Shown in pieces: positions 19,928 through 29,857 of a stretch of 64,000 bases of DNA (the stretch's first letter is position 1; each line of letters opens with the position of its first letter). The stretch lies in IMG/VR virus record IMGVR_UViG_3300034018_003010. One strand, written 5' to 3'. The notes under the pieces were generated by a model that was not told where the DNA came from, ran no database searches, and saw only the letters and a list, made by a program, of their open reading frames with translations. Source of the stretch: a virus. Position numbers and translations under genes: made by a program.

Positions 19928-22543
19928 ATGGACCAAGATGTATCAAAAACTTCAAATGCAAGTAGCTTAAATTCCAATACTGCTATTAAGTTTGTAGGAA
20001 TTTCTTCTGGTGCAAGCACTATAACATTAGGATTGAATGGTTTATCTGGAACAGCTACAGATACAATACTTTCTTATACAACTAACACAGATGAAACAAT
20101 TAGTATATCTAGTGGAATTGTCAGAACAACAAAACTTGTAGTTAAAACATCAGAAATAAATGCTCAAGAATGGCAAACATTATCTGGAAATATAGTAGCT
20201 TCAATTAATAACAGTGGATATTTTGCTGGATTTTTAGCATCTGGCGTTGTTAATTCAGAGTCGGTTTTATCTGGAAGCATAGGAACAAACCAACTTGCTT
20301 CGGGAGTTTTGCAATCAGTTCCTGCAAATATTCAATCTGGACAAATTACAAGTGGATATTTGGGGAATTCATCTGTTAATAACATAAACATAAATAGCGG
20401 AACAATTTCAAATGATAAACTTGCAAATAACACAATAACAATTGCTGGAAGTTCTACTGCTTTAGGCGGTTCTTGGGCTGCAGCGGCTCTAACAACGGCA
20501 AGCGGATTGCTAGCTGGAACATTCTACCCAAGCGGCGCATTGACTATCGGAATTGCTTCTGGCGGTGTAGCATCCCAAATGGTTGCAGATAATGCAATTA
20601 TTAGCGGTAAAGTTGCATCTGGTAGTTTAACAACAAATGCATTTGCAAGTGGAACAACATTTGGAACTAACATAACTTCTGGATACATTACTAGTGGATA
20701 TTTAGGTAATAATTCCGTTATAAGCGGATCTGTTGGCTCTGGACAAATTGGAATATATCATTTAGCATCTGGAACAATAAGTACAGCATTGCTTGGATCG
20801 GGACAAATAGTAAGCGGAAACATTGCCTCTGGTCAGATTGGTGCAAACCATCTCGCATCTGGTGTGATGTTCACACTAAACTCAGGTTCAGTAAACAGTG
20901 GAAATATCGCCAACGAAGCAGTAGTAAGTGGATCAATAGCAAGTGGCACAATATCCCAACAGCATACAAATACTTATTTCGAATTGCCTAAGAAGGGTGT
21001 AGGATCTAGCGGTTTCTTTTCTTATGCTTTAGGAGAAGGAACTTATGCTTCTGGCACAAGTTCCATTTGTATAGGAGCATTGGCTGGTGTCGGAGTCTAT
21101 AATATATCTTTTGGTAATAATTTTATTGGTTTTGGCGCAGGATACAGCAGTGGAAACGTCCAATATAAACAATTTAATGTAGGTGTAGGAAACTGGGCCG
21201 CAACCAATAATGGTTATAGCTGTACTGCCATTGGTAGTCAAGCACAATACAAATCCGGTAATTATTCAATAGCTATTGGTGCAGAAGTTAATCAGGCGAA
21301 TGAATCTTACTTTAGTGGTAGAACTACAGCTTTAACTCAAATCGGTCTAAATATATCAAATGCCAGAACATTGATTTATGGTTTGGCTAATTTTCCTCAT
21401 GGAATTAATGTTACCAATACATTAGGCGTTCTTAAAGCATACATGTCATCTGGCGGCGAGATATTCGGAACATTAGCGTCTGGATTAGTGGTATCAGGAA
21501 GCGTTGCCTCTGGCCAGATTGGTATTAACCACCTTGCTTCTGGTGTATTAGCAAGCCCAACAATTCTATCTGGAACAATTGTTTCAGGACTAATTGGAAA
21601 CAACGCTGTAAATTCAGGCAATGTTTCTTCGGGTTCTATTGATTCTATGCACATAGCTGATGGTGCTGTTGCATCTGGTGATATCGCTGCGAATTCAATT
21701 GGCAGTCCACACATACTTTCTGGAAGTATATTAAACAACAGTCTTGCAAATCCAACAGTAACAATTGCAGGAAGTTCTACTGCTCTTGGTGCTTCTTGGG
21801 CTGCTGCTGCATTAACAACATCTAGTGGTTTGCTAGCTGGAACATTCTACCCAAGTGGCGCATTAACAATAGGAATTGCTTCTGGTGGTTTGTTGCCACA
21901 AATGTTTGGATCTGGTTCAATATTGAGCGGAAGTGTTGCTTCTGGACAAATTGGTCCAGATCATTTATCAAGCGGTGCGTTAGGAATCGCTGGAACTTCT
22001 GGCATGTTGCAATTTAACAATGGTGGTGTGTTTGGTGCTACATCTGGCTTAAATTACTCGATGACAAGTGGAAACAACTTTGTTCATATGCAAGCGCAAA
22101 CCGCATTCAACACAACATTGGCAGTCAAAGCAGCATCTGGTCAAATAACAAACTTGCAATCATGGACAAACACAAGCGGCAGTGCATTAGCTTACATGGA
22201 TGCATCTGGAAATTTCTTTGCTGTTAGCAAAAGCTTTTTAATTAATCATCCAAATAAACCCGGCAAAAAATTACGCCATGTTTCTTTGGAAGGTCCGTCT
22301 GCTGATGTTTATTTCAGAGGAAAGAGTAGTTCAAATACATTTATTTTGCCAGATTATTGGAAAAATTTAGTTGATGAAAACAATATTGATATAATATTAA
22401 TACCAATAGGAAGCAAACAATCATTATATGTTGAAAAAATAGAAAATTTAATAGTGCATGTTGGTGGATGTGAAAAACCATATTATACATTTTTGGCTAT
22501 AGCAGAAAGAATTGATATGTCTAAAATTGTAGTGGAGGAATAA
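19928..22543 (+). CDS. tail fibre-like protein with Ser-Gly repeats (paralog, same C-terminal domain as 12193..19887)
   Basis: Same repeats, a short adhesin-head-like region (CTAIG/SIAIG) and the SKSFLINHP...EGP C-terminus. Confidence 0.8.
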   Translation: MDQDVSKTSNASSLNSNTAIKFVGISSGASTITLGLNGLSGTATDTILSYTTNTDETISISSGIVRTTKLVVKTSEINAQEWQTLSGNIVASINNSGYFAGFLASGVVNSESVLSGSIGTNQLASGVLQSVPANIQSGQITSGYLGNSSVNNININSGTISNDKLANNTITIAGSSTALGGSWAAAALTTASGLLAGTFYPSGALTIGIASGGVASQMVADNAIISGKVASGSLTTNAFASGTTFGTNITSGYITSGYLGNNSVISGSVGSGQIGIYHLASGTISTALLGSGQIVSGNIASGQIGANHLASGVMFTLNSGSVNSGNIANEAVVSGSIASGTISQQHTNTYFELPKKGVGSSGFFSYALGEGTYASGTSSICIGALAGVGVYNISFGNNFIGFGAGYSSGNVQYKQFNVGVGNWAATNNGYSCTAIGSQAQYKSGNYSIAIGAEVNQANESYFSGRTTALTQIGLNISNARTLIYGLANFPHGINVTNTLGVLKAYMSSGGEIFGTLASGLVVSGSVASGQIGINHLASGVLASPTILSGTIVSGLIGNNAVNSGNVSSGSIDSMHIADGAVASGDIAANSIGSPHILSGSILNNSLANPTVTIAGSSTALGASWAAAALTTSSGLLAGTFYPSGALTIGIASGGLLPQMFGSGSILSGSVASGQIGPDHLSSGALGIAGTSGMLQFNNGGVFGATSGLNYSMTSGNNFVHMQAQTAFNTTLAVKAASGQITNLQSWTNTSGSALAYMDASGNFFAVSKSFLINHPNKPGKKLRHVSLEGPSADVYFRGKSSSNTFILPDYWKNLVDENNIDIILIPIGSKQSLYVEKIENLIVHVGGCEKPYYTFLAIAERIDMSKIVVEE

Positions 22544-23229
22544 TGGGAATATATTATAATACATCAATTATAGTAAATGGCGTGGTTTTAGGCATAGACA
22601 TAGCTAATCCAAGATCATATCCTAGGTCTGGAAATACAATTGCAGACTTTTTGAACCCCTCGTCCACTTACACAATTGCTGGAACTGCTAATTTTAACGC
22701 TGGATCAGGTGGTAATATTATATTTGATGGATCTACAAATTATGTTAATTTTACTGCTCCAAATTTAGGAACAACTACAACTGTTGAAATGTGGATGGCT
22801 TTGGGTGCTGGATATAGTGGTAAAATGCCTTTTGGCTGGTTTAGATATTCTGTGTGGTGCGGATCTGGAGGAATGGGATTCAACACAGGCAACAGCGACA
22901 TGTACGGCATTAATTCAACCACCGTTTCTAATCTTGGATTAGTTGGCAATCCAAGACATTATGTTTTTGAGATGCGAAGCGATGTTTCTTACATTAATAA
23001 TAAAATGTATATCAATGGTGTTTCACAAAGTTTATCACAACAATTAGCTACAGAATTATCTGGACAGAGAAATTTCAATAGCGGAGTTGGAAGAATATCT
23101 GGCTGGACTGATACTGCAGGATATGACATGCCAATGAGTTTGTCAACATTTAAAATTTACAACAGAGCTTTAACTCAAGCAGAAATAAATACTAATTTTA
23201 ATGCATTGCGAGGAAGGTTTGGTGTTTGA
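22543..23229 (+). CDS. LamG/concanavalin A-like lectin domain protein
   Basis: IIVNGVVLGIDIANPRSYP.SG, FDGSTNYV, MYING, IYNRALTQAEI..NFNALRGRFG; TAATG overlap. Confidence 0.85.
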   Translation: MGIYYNTSIIVNGVVLGIDIANPRSYPRSGNTIADFLNPSSTYTIAGTANFNAGSGGNIIFDGSTNYVNFTAPNLGTTTTVEMWMALGAGYSGKMPFGWFRYSVWCGSGGMGFNTGNSDMYGINSTTVSNLGLVGNPRHYVFEMRSDVSYINNKMYINGVSQSLSQQLATELSGQRNFNSGVGRISGWTDTAGYDMPMSLSTFKIYNRALTQAEINTNFNALRGRFGV

Positions 23230-23888
23230 TGGGTTTGGCGCATTATCCTTCAATAGTATCAAATAGTTTGGCGCTTCTTGTAGACGCTGCCAACCGCAAA
23301 AGCTATTCTGGCTCTGGTACTAATTTATATGATATTAGTGGGAATAATAATACTGGAACGCTGGTAAATAGCGTAGGATTCAGTTCGGCAAATGGAGGAA
23401 TCCTAACATTCAATGGAAGCAATCAAAGAGTATCCACAACATTTAAGCCTAGCGGTGCAAGAAGTTATTTTATTTGGGTGAAATACAACTCTATAACAGG
23501 ATTACCGGCTGGATATAGCTTAACTGGAACACAGGAAGTAAATGCATATAATTATATTGGCATATCTGATGGTGGTTATTTTTATTATTACGCAGGCACA
23601 ACAGGGAATCAATTTAACAGTGTAGTTCTTAGCACAAATACTTGGTATCAACAAGGTTTTGTATTAAATTCTGATGGGTCGAGAACATTATATTTAAACG
23701 GCAGCGCTATCGCAACCGAAGCTGGAGGAATTGGAGTTACCTCTACATCTGAATTTTCAATTGGATGTATAAATCAAAGCCACTGGGTGAATGGGTCAAT
23801 TTCTGTTGTTACACAATACGGTCGTGCTTTAAGTTCAGCAGAAGTATTGCAAAACTTCAACGCATATAGAGGGAGGTTTGGCATATGA
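23226..23888 (+). CDS. LamG/concanavalin A-like lectin domain protein
   Basis: LLVDAANRKSYSGSG...LYLNG...YGRALS..EVLQNFNAYRGRFG. Start may be ATG 23229. Confidence 0.85.
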   Translation: MMGLAHYPSIVSNSLALLVDAANRKSYSGSGTNLYDISGNNNTGTLVNSVGFSSANGGILTFNGSNQRVSTTFKPSGARSYFIWVKYNSITGLPAGYSLTGTQEVNAYNYIGISDGGYFYYYAGTTGNQFNSVVLSTNTWYQQGFVLNSDGSRTLYLNGSAIATEAGGIGVTSTSEFSIGCINQSHWVNGSISVVTQYGRALSSAEVLQNFNAYRGRFGI

Positions 23889-24556
23889 CAGCAGCAGCAG
23901 GGCCAGATGTAGTAGAAGATGGATTAGTTTTAAGTTTAGATGCAGCAAATGGTAAAAGCTATCCGGGTAGCGGAACCACTTGGACTGACCTAAGCGGGAA
24001 TGGCAATACAGGCACTTTAACTAACGGACCTACATACAGTTCATCTAATAATGGATCTATCGTTTTTGATGGTGTAGACGATTACATAACTACATCGAAT
24101 AATCAAAATCTTTTACCTACTGCTGGTTTGTCCATTTGTGCTTGGATTAAAACTAGCGTTGCTGATAAGTGGTGTGTAGACAAAACTCCTTCCGTTGGTG
24201 GTCAGGGCTATATTTTTGCAGGTACTTCATTAAGCACTTGGGCTATGAATGTTAACAGCTCCTCAGTTCAATCTGTAAGCACATACACCTCAAACACTTG
24301 GAAGTTTATAGTTGGAACTTGGACTCCTTCTGCTAGTTTGAAGCTTTATTTTAATGGCGTTTTAGACGCTATAAACACAACCAGCATATCTGCAACTATA
24401 ACGGACCCATCCGTTGATTTATGGATAGCAAGAAGAAGAAGTGGCGGTGATTATTTTAACGGAAGTATATCTAATATTAGTATTTATTCTGTAGCCCTAA
24501 CAGACGCACAAGTTATCCAAAACTACAACGCATTAAGAGGAAGATTTGGATTATAA
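23885..24556 (+). CDS. LamG/concanavalin A-like lectin domain protein
   Basis: GLVLSLDAANGKSYPGSGTTWTDLSG, FDGVDDYI, LYFNG, QNYNALRGRFG; ATGA overlap. Confidence 0.88.
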   Translation: MTAAAGPDVVEDGLVLSLDAANGKSYPGSGTTWTDLSGNGNTGTLTNGPTYSSSNNGSIVFDGVDDYITTSNNQNLLPTAGLSICAWIKTSVADKWCVDKTPSVGGQGYIFAGTSLSTWAMNVNSSSVQSVSTYTSNTWKFIVGTWTPSASLKLYFNGVLDAINTTSISATITDPSVDLWIARRRSGGDYFNGSISNISIYSVALTDAQVIQNYNALRGRFGL

Positions 24557-24571
24557 GATAATTATTAGAAC

Positions 24572-24579
24572 CATAAATA
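24572..24579 (+). promoter_or_regulatory. late promoter-like CATAAATA
   Basis: TAAATA core in the gap before the AGAGG RBS and ATG 24596. Confidence 0.5.
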
Positions 24580-24595
24580 AATTAAAGAGGTTAAA

Positions 24596-27500
24596 ATGCC
24601 ACAAGATATTTTGATTACACCAAATAAGGGAAGCAATAATTCGGGCGGCAAAATTGAATTCACAGGTTTGAATTCAGGTGCCGGTACTATTACTTTAAGA
24701 GTTTTAAACGATTCCGCCTTGTCATTCGAAGGGTCTGCTGGTCAGTTATTTTCAATTAATAATGTTCTAAGTAGTGGTACAATATTTTCTGTTAATGATG
24801 TTTCTGGCATTCCAAGCCTTGATATAAATTCAAGTGGTTTAATTAGACTAGCTCCATTTACTGGTGTTGTTCAAACAAACACAATGATTGTTCAGGCTAA
24901 TCCACAATCTGGCACACAGAACATGATGGAATTTAGGAATGCAAGCGGAACTGCAGTAGCCTCGGTCAATACAAGTGGCATGTTTGCTGGTTCTTTATCA
25001 TCTGGAATTGTGCTTTCAGGAAACATTGCTTCGGGACAAATTGGGGTAAACCATTTCGCTTCTGGTGCTATAAATTCAGTTGGAATTGCATCAGGACAAG
25101 TAAATTCAGGCAACATCGCTTCGGGTTCTGTTAGTCAATTTAAGCTGTCTTCTGGCTCTGTAAACTCAGGTCAAATTAATAATAATGCAGTTGTTTCTGG
25201 AAGTATAGCTTCTGGACAAATTGGTCATGCTCATCTTTCATCTGGATTAATCAATAGTGGAAAAATAGGAGATAATGCTGTTGTATCTGGCAGCATTGCT
25301 TCTGGAAGCGTTGGAAATTTCCACATCGCTTCAGGAGCAATTACAAGCGGAGACATTGGTAACTTTGCAGTAGTCAACACAAGTATTTCTAGTGGAACAA
25401 TTGCAAATGATAAGCTTATAAACAGCGCTATAACAATCGCAGGAAGCAGCACTGCTCTAGGCGGTTCTTGGTCGCCGCAAGCTTTGACAACAGGAAGTGG
25501 ATTGTTAGCTGGAACATTCTACCCAAGTGGTGCTTTAACAATCGGTATCGCTTCTGGTGGTATTACGAGTCAGTTAATTGCTGATGGAGCAATTAATTCG
25601 GGAGAAATTGCTTCTGGTCAAATTGGGTTAAACCATTTGGCAAGTGGTGTTTTAGCAAATGCAATACTTGGTTCAGGACAAGTTGTATCTGGAAACATAG
25701 CTTCTGGTCAAATTGGAACATTCCATTTGGCTAATGGAGCAGTTTTGTCTGGAGATATTGGTGCAAATGTTATTGGTTCTCCACATATTTTGGCTGGTTC
25801 TATTGCTAACGCCAGTCTTGCAACAAGTACAATAACAATTGCTGGAAGTTCTACTGCTTTGGGTGCTTCTTGGGCTGCTCAGGCTTTAACAACAGCAAGT
25901 GGATTACTAGCCGGAACATTCTACCCAAGCGGTGCATTAACAATCGGTATTGCTTCTGGTGGTATTACAAGTCAGTTAATTGCTGATGGTGCTGTGGCAT
26001 CTGGCGAAATTGCTTCAGGTCAAATTGGACTAAACCATTTAGCAAGTGGTGTTTTGGCAAATGCAATACTTGGTTCAGGACAAGTTGTATCTGGAAACAT
26101 AGCTTCTGGTCAAATTGGAACATTCCATTTGGCTAATGGAGCCGTACTTTCTGGAGATATTGGTGCTAATGTTATTGGAAGTCCTCATATTCTTGCTGGT
26201 TCTATTGCTAATGCAAGTCTTGCAACAAGTACAATTACAATAGCTGGAAGCTCTACTGCTCTTGGCGCATCTTGGGCTGCAGCAGCTTTAACTACTGCTA
26301 GTGGTTTACTAGCCGGAACATTCTACCCAAGTGGTGCATTAACAATTGGTATTGCTTCTGGTGGTGTTGCTAACCAAATGATTGCTGATGGTGCAATTAC
26401 TAGTGGCAAAATTGCAAGTGGACAAATTGGGGCAAACCACTTGGCTTCTGGTGTAATTGGAACAGTAACTTTAACATCTGGGCAGGTTGTTAGCGGAAAC
26501 ATTGGCAACAATGCTGTAAATTCTGGAAATATCGCTTCTGGAGTTATTGGAACAGGACATCTTTCTAGCGGTGCAGTAATAGGAAAAGCAAATACCGTTC
26601 CTACCACTGGAACAAACAATGCAAGTGGAATGTTTCAAATTACATTCGCAAGTGGTAATGCTGGTAATTCTTCGATGTATGTTTGCTCTGGTTTCTTTTA
26701 CAATCCAGCTATGAGAATGTTATTTATCGGATGTCCCGATAACGGAGGTACTTTTAGTGGCGGCATACACCTTTGGACTGGTTATAATTCAGGATTTATA
26801 AACAACACTTTGATAGGTCTTGGTGCTGGATTTGGTTCCGTAGACCATGAAATGTCAACTTTAATAGGAGCTGGTGCTGGGGCGAGTGGCAAAACAAAGT
26901 GGTGCGTTGGTTTAGGCGATTCTGCGCTACTTATGTGCAGTGGAAACGCAGATGTAGCCATAGGAGTTTCTTCTATGGCACAATCTGTAATTACGACATC
27001 ACAAGGACAAAATACAGCAGTAGGATATTTTTCTCTTAAAAATAGTCCTAAAGCTAATTATAATGTCGCAATTGGTACTAATTCATTAAATAACACTAAT
27101 TCTGGCTATCATGCAACTACAGCAGTGGGATTGGGTACAAAATCTTTTGGCGTTGGAATAGTTTCTGGTTCTATTTTTATTGGCACTTGGGCGATGGGAA
27201 TAGGAACTAAAAACGAAATAGTATGTGGATATCTTTCTTCTGGACACGGAGATGACACCATAACAATAGGAAATACACTTCATATTTCTGGTACAATTTT
27301 TGGAAACATAAATTTCCCATATGGAATTAGATTTCCTAGCGGTGGAGTGACATCTGGAGGTGTTTTTACAGCTTCTATTGGCTCAGGACTAATTCGAAGC
27401 GGTGCCATAGCATCAGGGCAAATTGGTGCAAATCATTTTGGTGCGGGAGCAATAACATCTGGATACTTCCTAAGAGCAGATGGAACCGGCATTCTATCTT

Positions 27501-28582
27501 GGGGAACAACTTCGGCAGCATCACTTACATCTGGGCAGGTTGTATCTGGTCTCATTGGCAACAATGCTGTAAATTCAGGAAATATAGCTTCTGGACAAAT
27601 TGGTAATTTCCATCTTGCTTCTGGTGCAGTTACTAGTGGAGATATTGGACAATTTGCCGTTTTAAATATTAATATTGTAAGTGGAACAGTAGCAAACGAT
27701 AAACTTACCAACAGTGCAATAACAATCGCTGGAAGTTCAACTGCTTTGGGCGGTTCTTGGGCTGCTCAGGCTTTAACTACAGCAAGCGGCTTGTTGGCTG
27801 GAACATTCTACCCAAGTGGTGCCTTAACCATCGGTATTGCAACGGCAGGCGTAGTAAACGCTATGATTGCTTCTGGAGCAGTAACATCTGGAAATATCGC
27901 TTCTGGAAGCATTGGAACATTCCATCTTGCTAATGGTGCGGTAGTATCTGGAGATATTGGTGCTAATATTATCGGAAGTCCACATATTCTTGCAGGAAGT
28001 ATAGCAAATGCTAGCTTGACAAATAGCTCTATAACAATTGCAGGAAGCTCTACTGCTCTTGGTGGTTCATGGGCTGCAGCGGCTTTAACTACAGCTAGTG
28101 GTTTGTTAGCAGGAACTTATGTTCCATCTGGTGCCTTAACCATCGGTATTGCAACGGCAGGCGTAGTAAACGCCATGATTGCTTCTGGAGCAGTAACATC
28201 TGGAAATATAGCTTCAGGACAGGTTGGTAATAATGCACTAACAAGCACAATTGCCGACAAGACGATTGTTGGAGATGTTCAGGCAATAAATTATCAATCT
28301 GGCGCTTATACACTTGTTTCTGGGGATGCTGGAAAGCTAATTACAATAAATAGTGTAAGTACAGCTAATTTAACAATTCCAACAAATGCAAGCGTTCCAA
28401 TGACAATAGGAACACACATTGACTTTATTCAGTTGGGAGCAGGTCAAGTTACAATTAGTGGAAATATTGGTGTAACTATAAATTATACTCCTGGAAATAA
28501 ACTTAGAACTCAGTATGCCGGTGCATCGGTTATTAAAATTGGAACCGATACTTGGTGTTTGGTTGGAGATATTTCAGCTTAA
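24596..28582 (+). CDS. tail fibre-like protein with Ser-Gly repeats and a different C-terminal domain
   Basis: N-terminal ILITPN...LSFEGSAGQLFSI, the shared repeats, NTLIG/NTAVG/NVAIG head-like repeats, C-terminal YTLVSGDAGK...QLGAGQVTI...LRTQY...WCLVGD. Confidence 0.8.
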   Translation: MPQDILITPNKGSNNSGGKIEFTGLNSGAGTITLRVLNDSALSFEGSAGQLFSINNVLSSGTIFSVNDVSGIPSLDINSSGLIRLAPFTGVVQTNTMIVQANPQSGTQNMMEFRNASGTAVASVNTSGMFAGSLSSGIVLSGNIASGQIGVNHFASGAINSVGIASGQVNSGNIASGSVSQFKLSSGSVNSGQINNNAVVSGSIASGQIGHAHLSSGLINSGKIGDNAVVSGSIASGSVGNFHIASGAITSGDIGNFAVVNTSISSGTIANDKLINSAITIAGSSTALGGSWSPQALTTGSGLLAGTFYPSGALTIGIASGGITSQLIADGAINSGEIASGQIGLNHLASGVLANAILGSGQVVSGNIASGQIGTFHLANGAVLSGDIGANVIGSPHILAGSIANASLATSTITIAGSSTALGASWAAQALTTASGLLAGTFYPSGALTIGIASGGITSQLIADGAVASGEIASGQIGLNHLASGVLANAILGSGQVVSGNIASGQIGTFHLANGAVLSGDIGANVIGSPHILAGSIANASLATSTITIAGSSTALGASWAAAALTTASGLLAGTFYPSGALTIGIASGGVANQMIADGAITSGKIASGQIGANHLASGVIGTVTLTSGQVVSGNIGNNAVNSGNIASGVIGTGHLSSGAVIGKANTVPTTGTNNASGMFQITFASGNAGNSSMYVCSGFFYNPAMRMLFIGCPDNGGTFSGGIHLWTGYNSGFINNTLIGLGAGFGSVDHEMSTLIGAGAGASGKTKWCVGLGDSALLMCSGNADVAIGVSSMAQSVITTSQGQNTAVGYFSLKNSPKANYNVAIGTNSLNNTNSGYHATTAVGLGTKSFGVGIVSGSIFIGTWAMGIGTKNEIVCGYLSSGHGDDTITIGNTLHISGTIFGNINFPYGIRFPSGGVTSGGVFTASIGSGLIRSGAIASGQIGANHFGAGAITSGYFLRADGTGILSWGTTSAASLTSGQVVSGLIGNNAVNSGNIASGQIGNFHLASGAVTSGDIGQFAVLNINIVSGTVANDKLTNSAITIAGSSTALGGSWAAQALTTASGLLAGTFYPSGALTIGIATAGVVNAMIASGAVTSGNIASGSIGTFHLANGAVVSGDIGANIIGSPHILAGSIANASLTNSSITIAGSSTALGGSWAAAALTTASGLLAGTYVPSGALTIGIATAGVVNAMIASGAVTSGNIASGQVGNNALTSTIADKTIVGDVQAINYQSGAYTLVSGDAGKLITINSVSTANLTIPTNASVPMTIGTHIDFIQLGAGQVTISGNIGVTINYTPGNKLRTQYAGASVIKIGTDTWCLVGDISA
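25430..26390 (+). repeat. 402-bp internal tandem repeat (134 aa period, about 2.4 copies; ends approximate)
   Basis: GGTATTACRAGTCAGTTAATTGCTGATGG occurs at 25559 and 25961. Confidence 0.8.
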
Positions 28583-28613
28583 TACTAGTTTAAATTTGAG
28601 GAACTATTAAAAA

Positions 28614-29108
28614 ATGAGAAGAGCTTTAGCGTTTGAAAGACCAGTTATTACAACTACAACTAGTACTACGCCAGTTGTTACAACTACAACTAGTACTACG
28701 CCACCAACACCAACACCAACACCTTCCCCTTCCCCTTCCCCTTCCCCTTCACCTTCACCTTCACCTTCGCCTTCCCCTTCACCTTCGCCTTCCCCTTCAC
28801 CTTCGCCAAGTCCTTCACCTTCGCCAAGTCCTTCTCCTACTCCATGTTGGGTAGCTAGAGAAATTTATGGCGAAAACAACCCTGAATGGGTATTGTTCCG
28901 TGAATGGTTGTTTAATGATGGTCCTACTTGGTTGCAAAAGACATATACAAAATATGGAGAAAGTTTTGCGAAACTAATAAAAAGAAGAAGTGTTATTAAG
29001 GCAAGCATTAAATTCTTTATGGATATGGTTATTAAAAATTCAAATGTCAAAAATGAATATGCAGAAAATGAAGTTAAAAACTATATGTTTAAAAAAAACA
29101 ACAAATAG
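28614..29108 (+). CDS. small protein with Thr-rich and (Pro-Ser)n linker and C-terminal CWVAREIYG domain
   Basis: GAGG RBS; TTTTSTTP x2, about 20 PS dipeptides, CWVAREIYG...W..FREWL...YTKYGE. Confidence 0.75.
   Translation: MRRALAFERPVITTTTSTTPVVTTTTSTTPPTPTPTPSPSPSPSPSPSPSPSPSPSPSPSPSPSPSPSPSPSPSPTPCWVAREIYGENNPEWVLFREWLFNDGPTWLQKTYTKYGESFAKLIKRRSVIKASIKFFMDMVIKNSNVKNEYAENEVKNYMFKKNNK
28720..28840 (+). repeat. hexamer microsatellite-like repeat (CCTTCN)n encoding poly(Pro-Ser)
   Basis: Run of ccttcc/ccttca/ccttcg units. Confidence 0.9.
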
Positions 29109-29127
29109 AAAATCTAGAATATCTTGA

Positions 29128-29166
29128 AAAATAGTGTGTTTCAAAAATTTTGAAACACACTATTTT
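29128..29166. terminator. 39-bp perfect inverted repeat (terminator or operator)
   Basis: AAAATAGTGTGTTTCAAAA-A-TTTTGAAACACACTATTTT between the fibre block and the glycosyltransferase cluster. Confidence 0.6.
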
Positions 29167-29198
29167 ACTTTTACAAACAAATAAAACATGGAGCATAA

Positions 29199-29855
29199 AT
29201 GGCAGGATCATGGGAACTAATTAAGCTAAATAGAGTTTTATGTTGTATATTGACAAGAGAAAGTGTTACAACAACTTGGGCTTTAGGATTTAAAAATCTT
29301 CAAATTCCTGGCACTTTTTGCACACTTTCTGGAATGCCTTTCGACCATGCTAGAAACACAGGATGTCAAAAACTACTTGAATTAGACTGGGAATGGTTGT
29401 TTTTCTTAGACGATGATGTCATTTGTCCTCCAGATACAATTCATAGACTAATTAAGCATCAGCAACCTATTGTTAGCGGTGTTTATAATAGAAGAAACCC
29501 TCCATTGGTTCCAGTAATGTTACGCTGGAATAAAGATAAATTTGAATGGGTTTCAGAATATGAAAAGGATAAACTAATTGAAGTTGATTTGGTTGGAGCG
29601 GGATGCTTGTTAATTCATCGTTCTGTTGTTGAATCCATGCAACCTTTGAGCAATAGATGTCGTTGGTTTGAATGGAGATGCGACAGAACAGATCTTGAAG
29701 CGGTAGAAAAGACCAGTGAAGACTTTACATTTTGTACACATGCTAAAAAGCATGGTTTTAAAATCATGGTAGACACAAGCATACATTGCCGACATATTGG
29801 ATATGCCGAAAGCAGATGTGATGGAACATTTGTACCTTTGGAGCAAAAAGCATAA
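29199..29855 (+). CDS. glycosyltransferase family 2-like
   Basis: DHARN, WLFFLDDD, VGAGCLLIHR, SEDFTFC, VDTSIHCRH; GGAG RBS. Confidence 0.85.
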   Translation: MAGSWELIKLNRVLCCILTRESVTTTWALGFKNLQIPGTFCTLSGMPFDHARNTGCQKLLELDWEWLFFLDDDVICPPDTIHRLIKHQQPIVSGVYNRRNPPLVPVMLRWNKDKFEWVSEYEKDKLIEVDLVGAGCLLIHRSVVESMQPLSNRCRWFEWRCDRTDLEAVEKTSEDFTFCTHAKKHGFKIMVDTSIHCRHIGYAESRCDGTFVPLEQKA

Positions 29856-29857
29856 AA

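Noticed and set aside
13902-28313. Many short antisense ORFs (e.g. MLFASLSFAIVPLE...) recurring in the fibre genes
   Set aside because: Reverse-strand shadows of the Ser-Gly repeats; their recurrence only reflects the sense-strand duplications.
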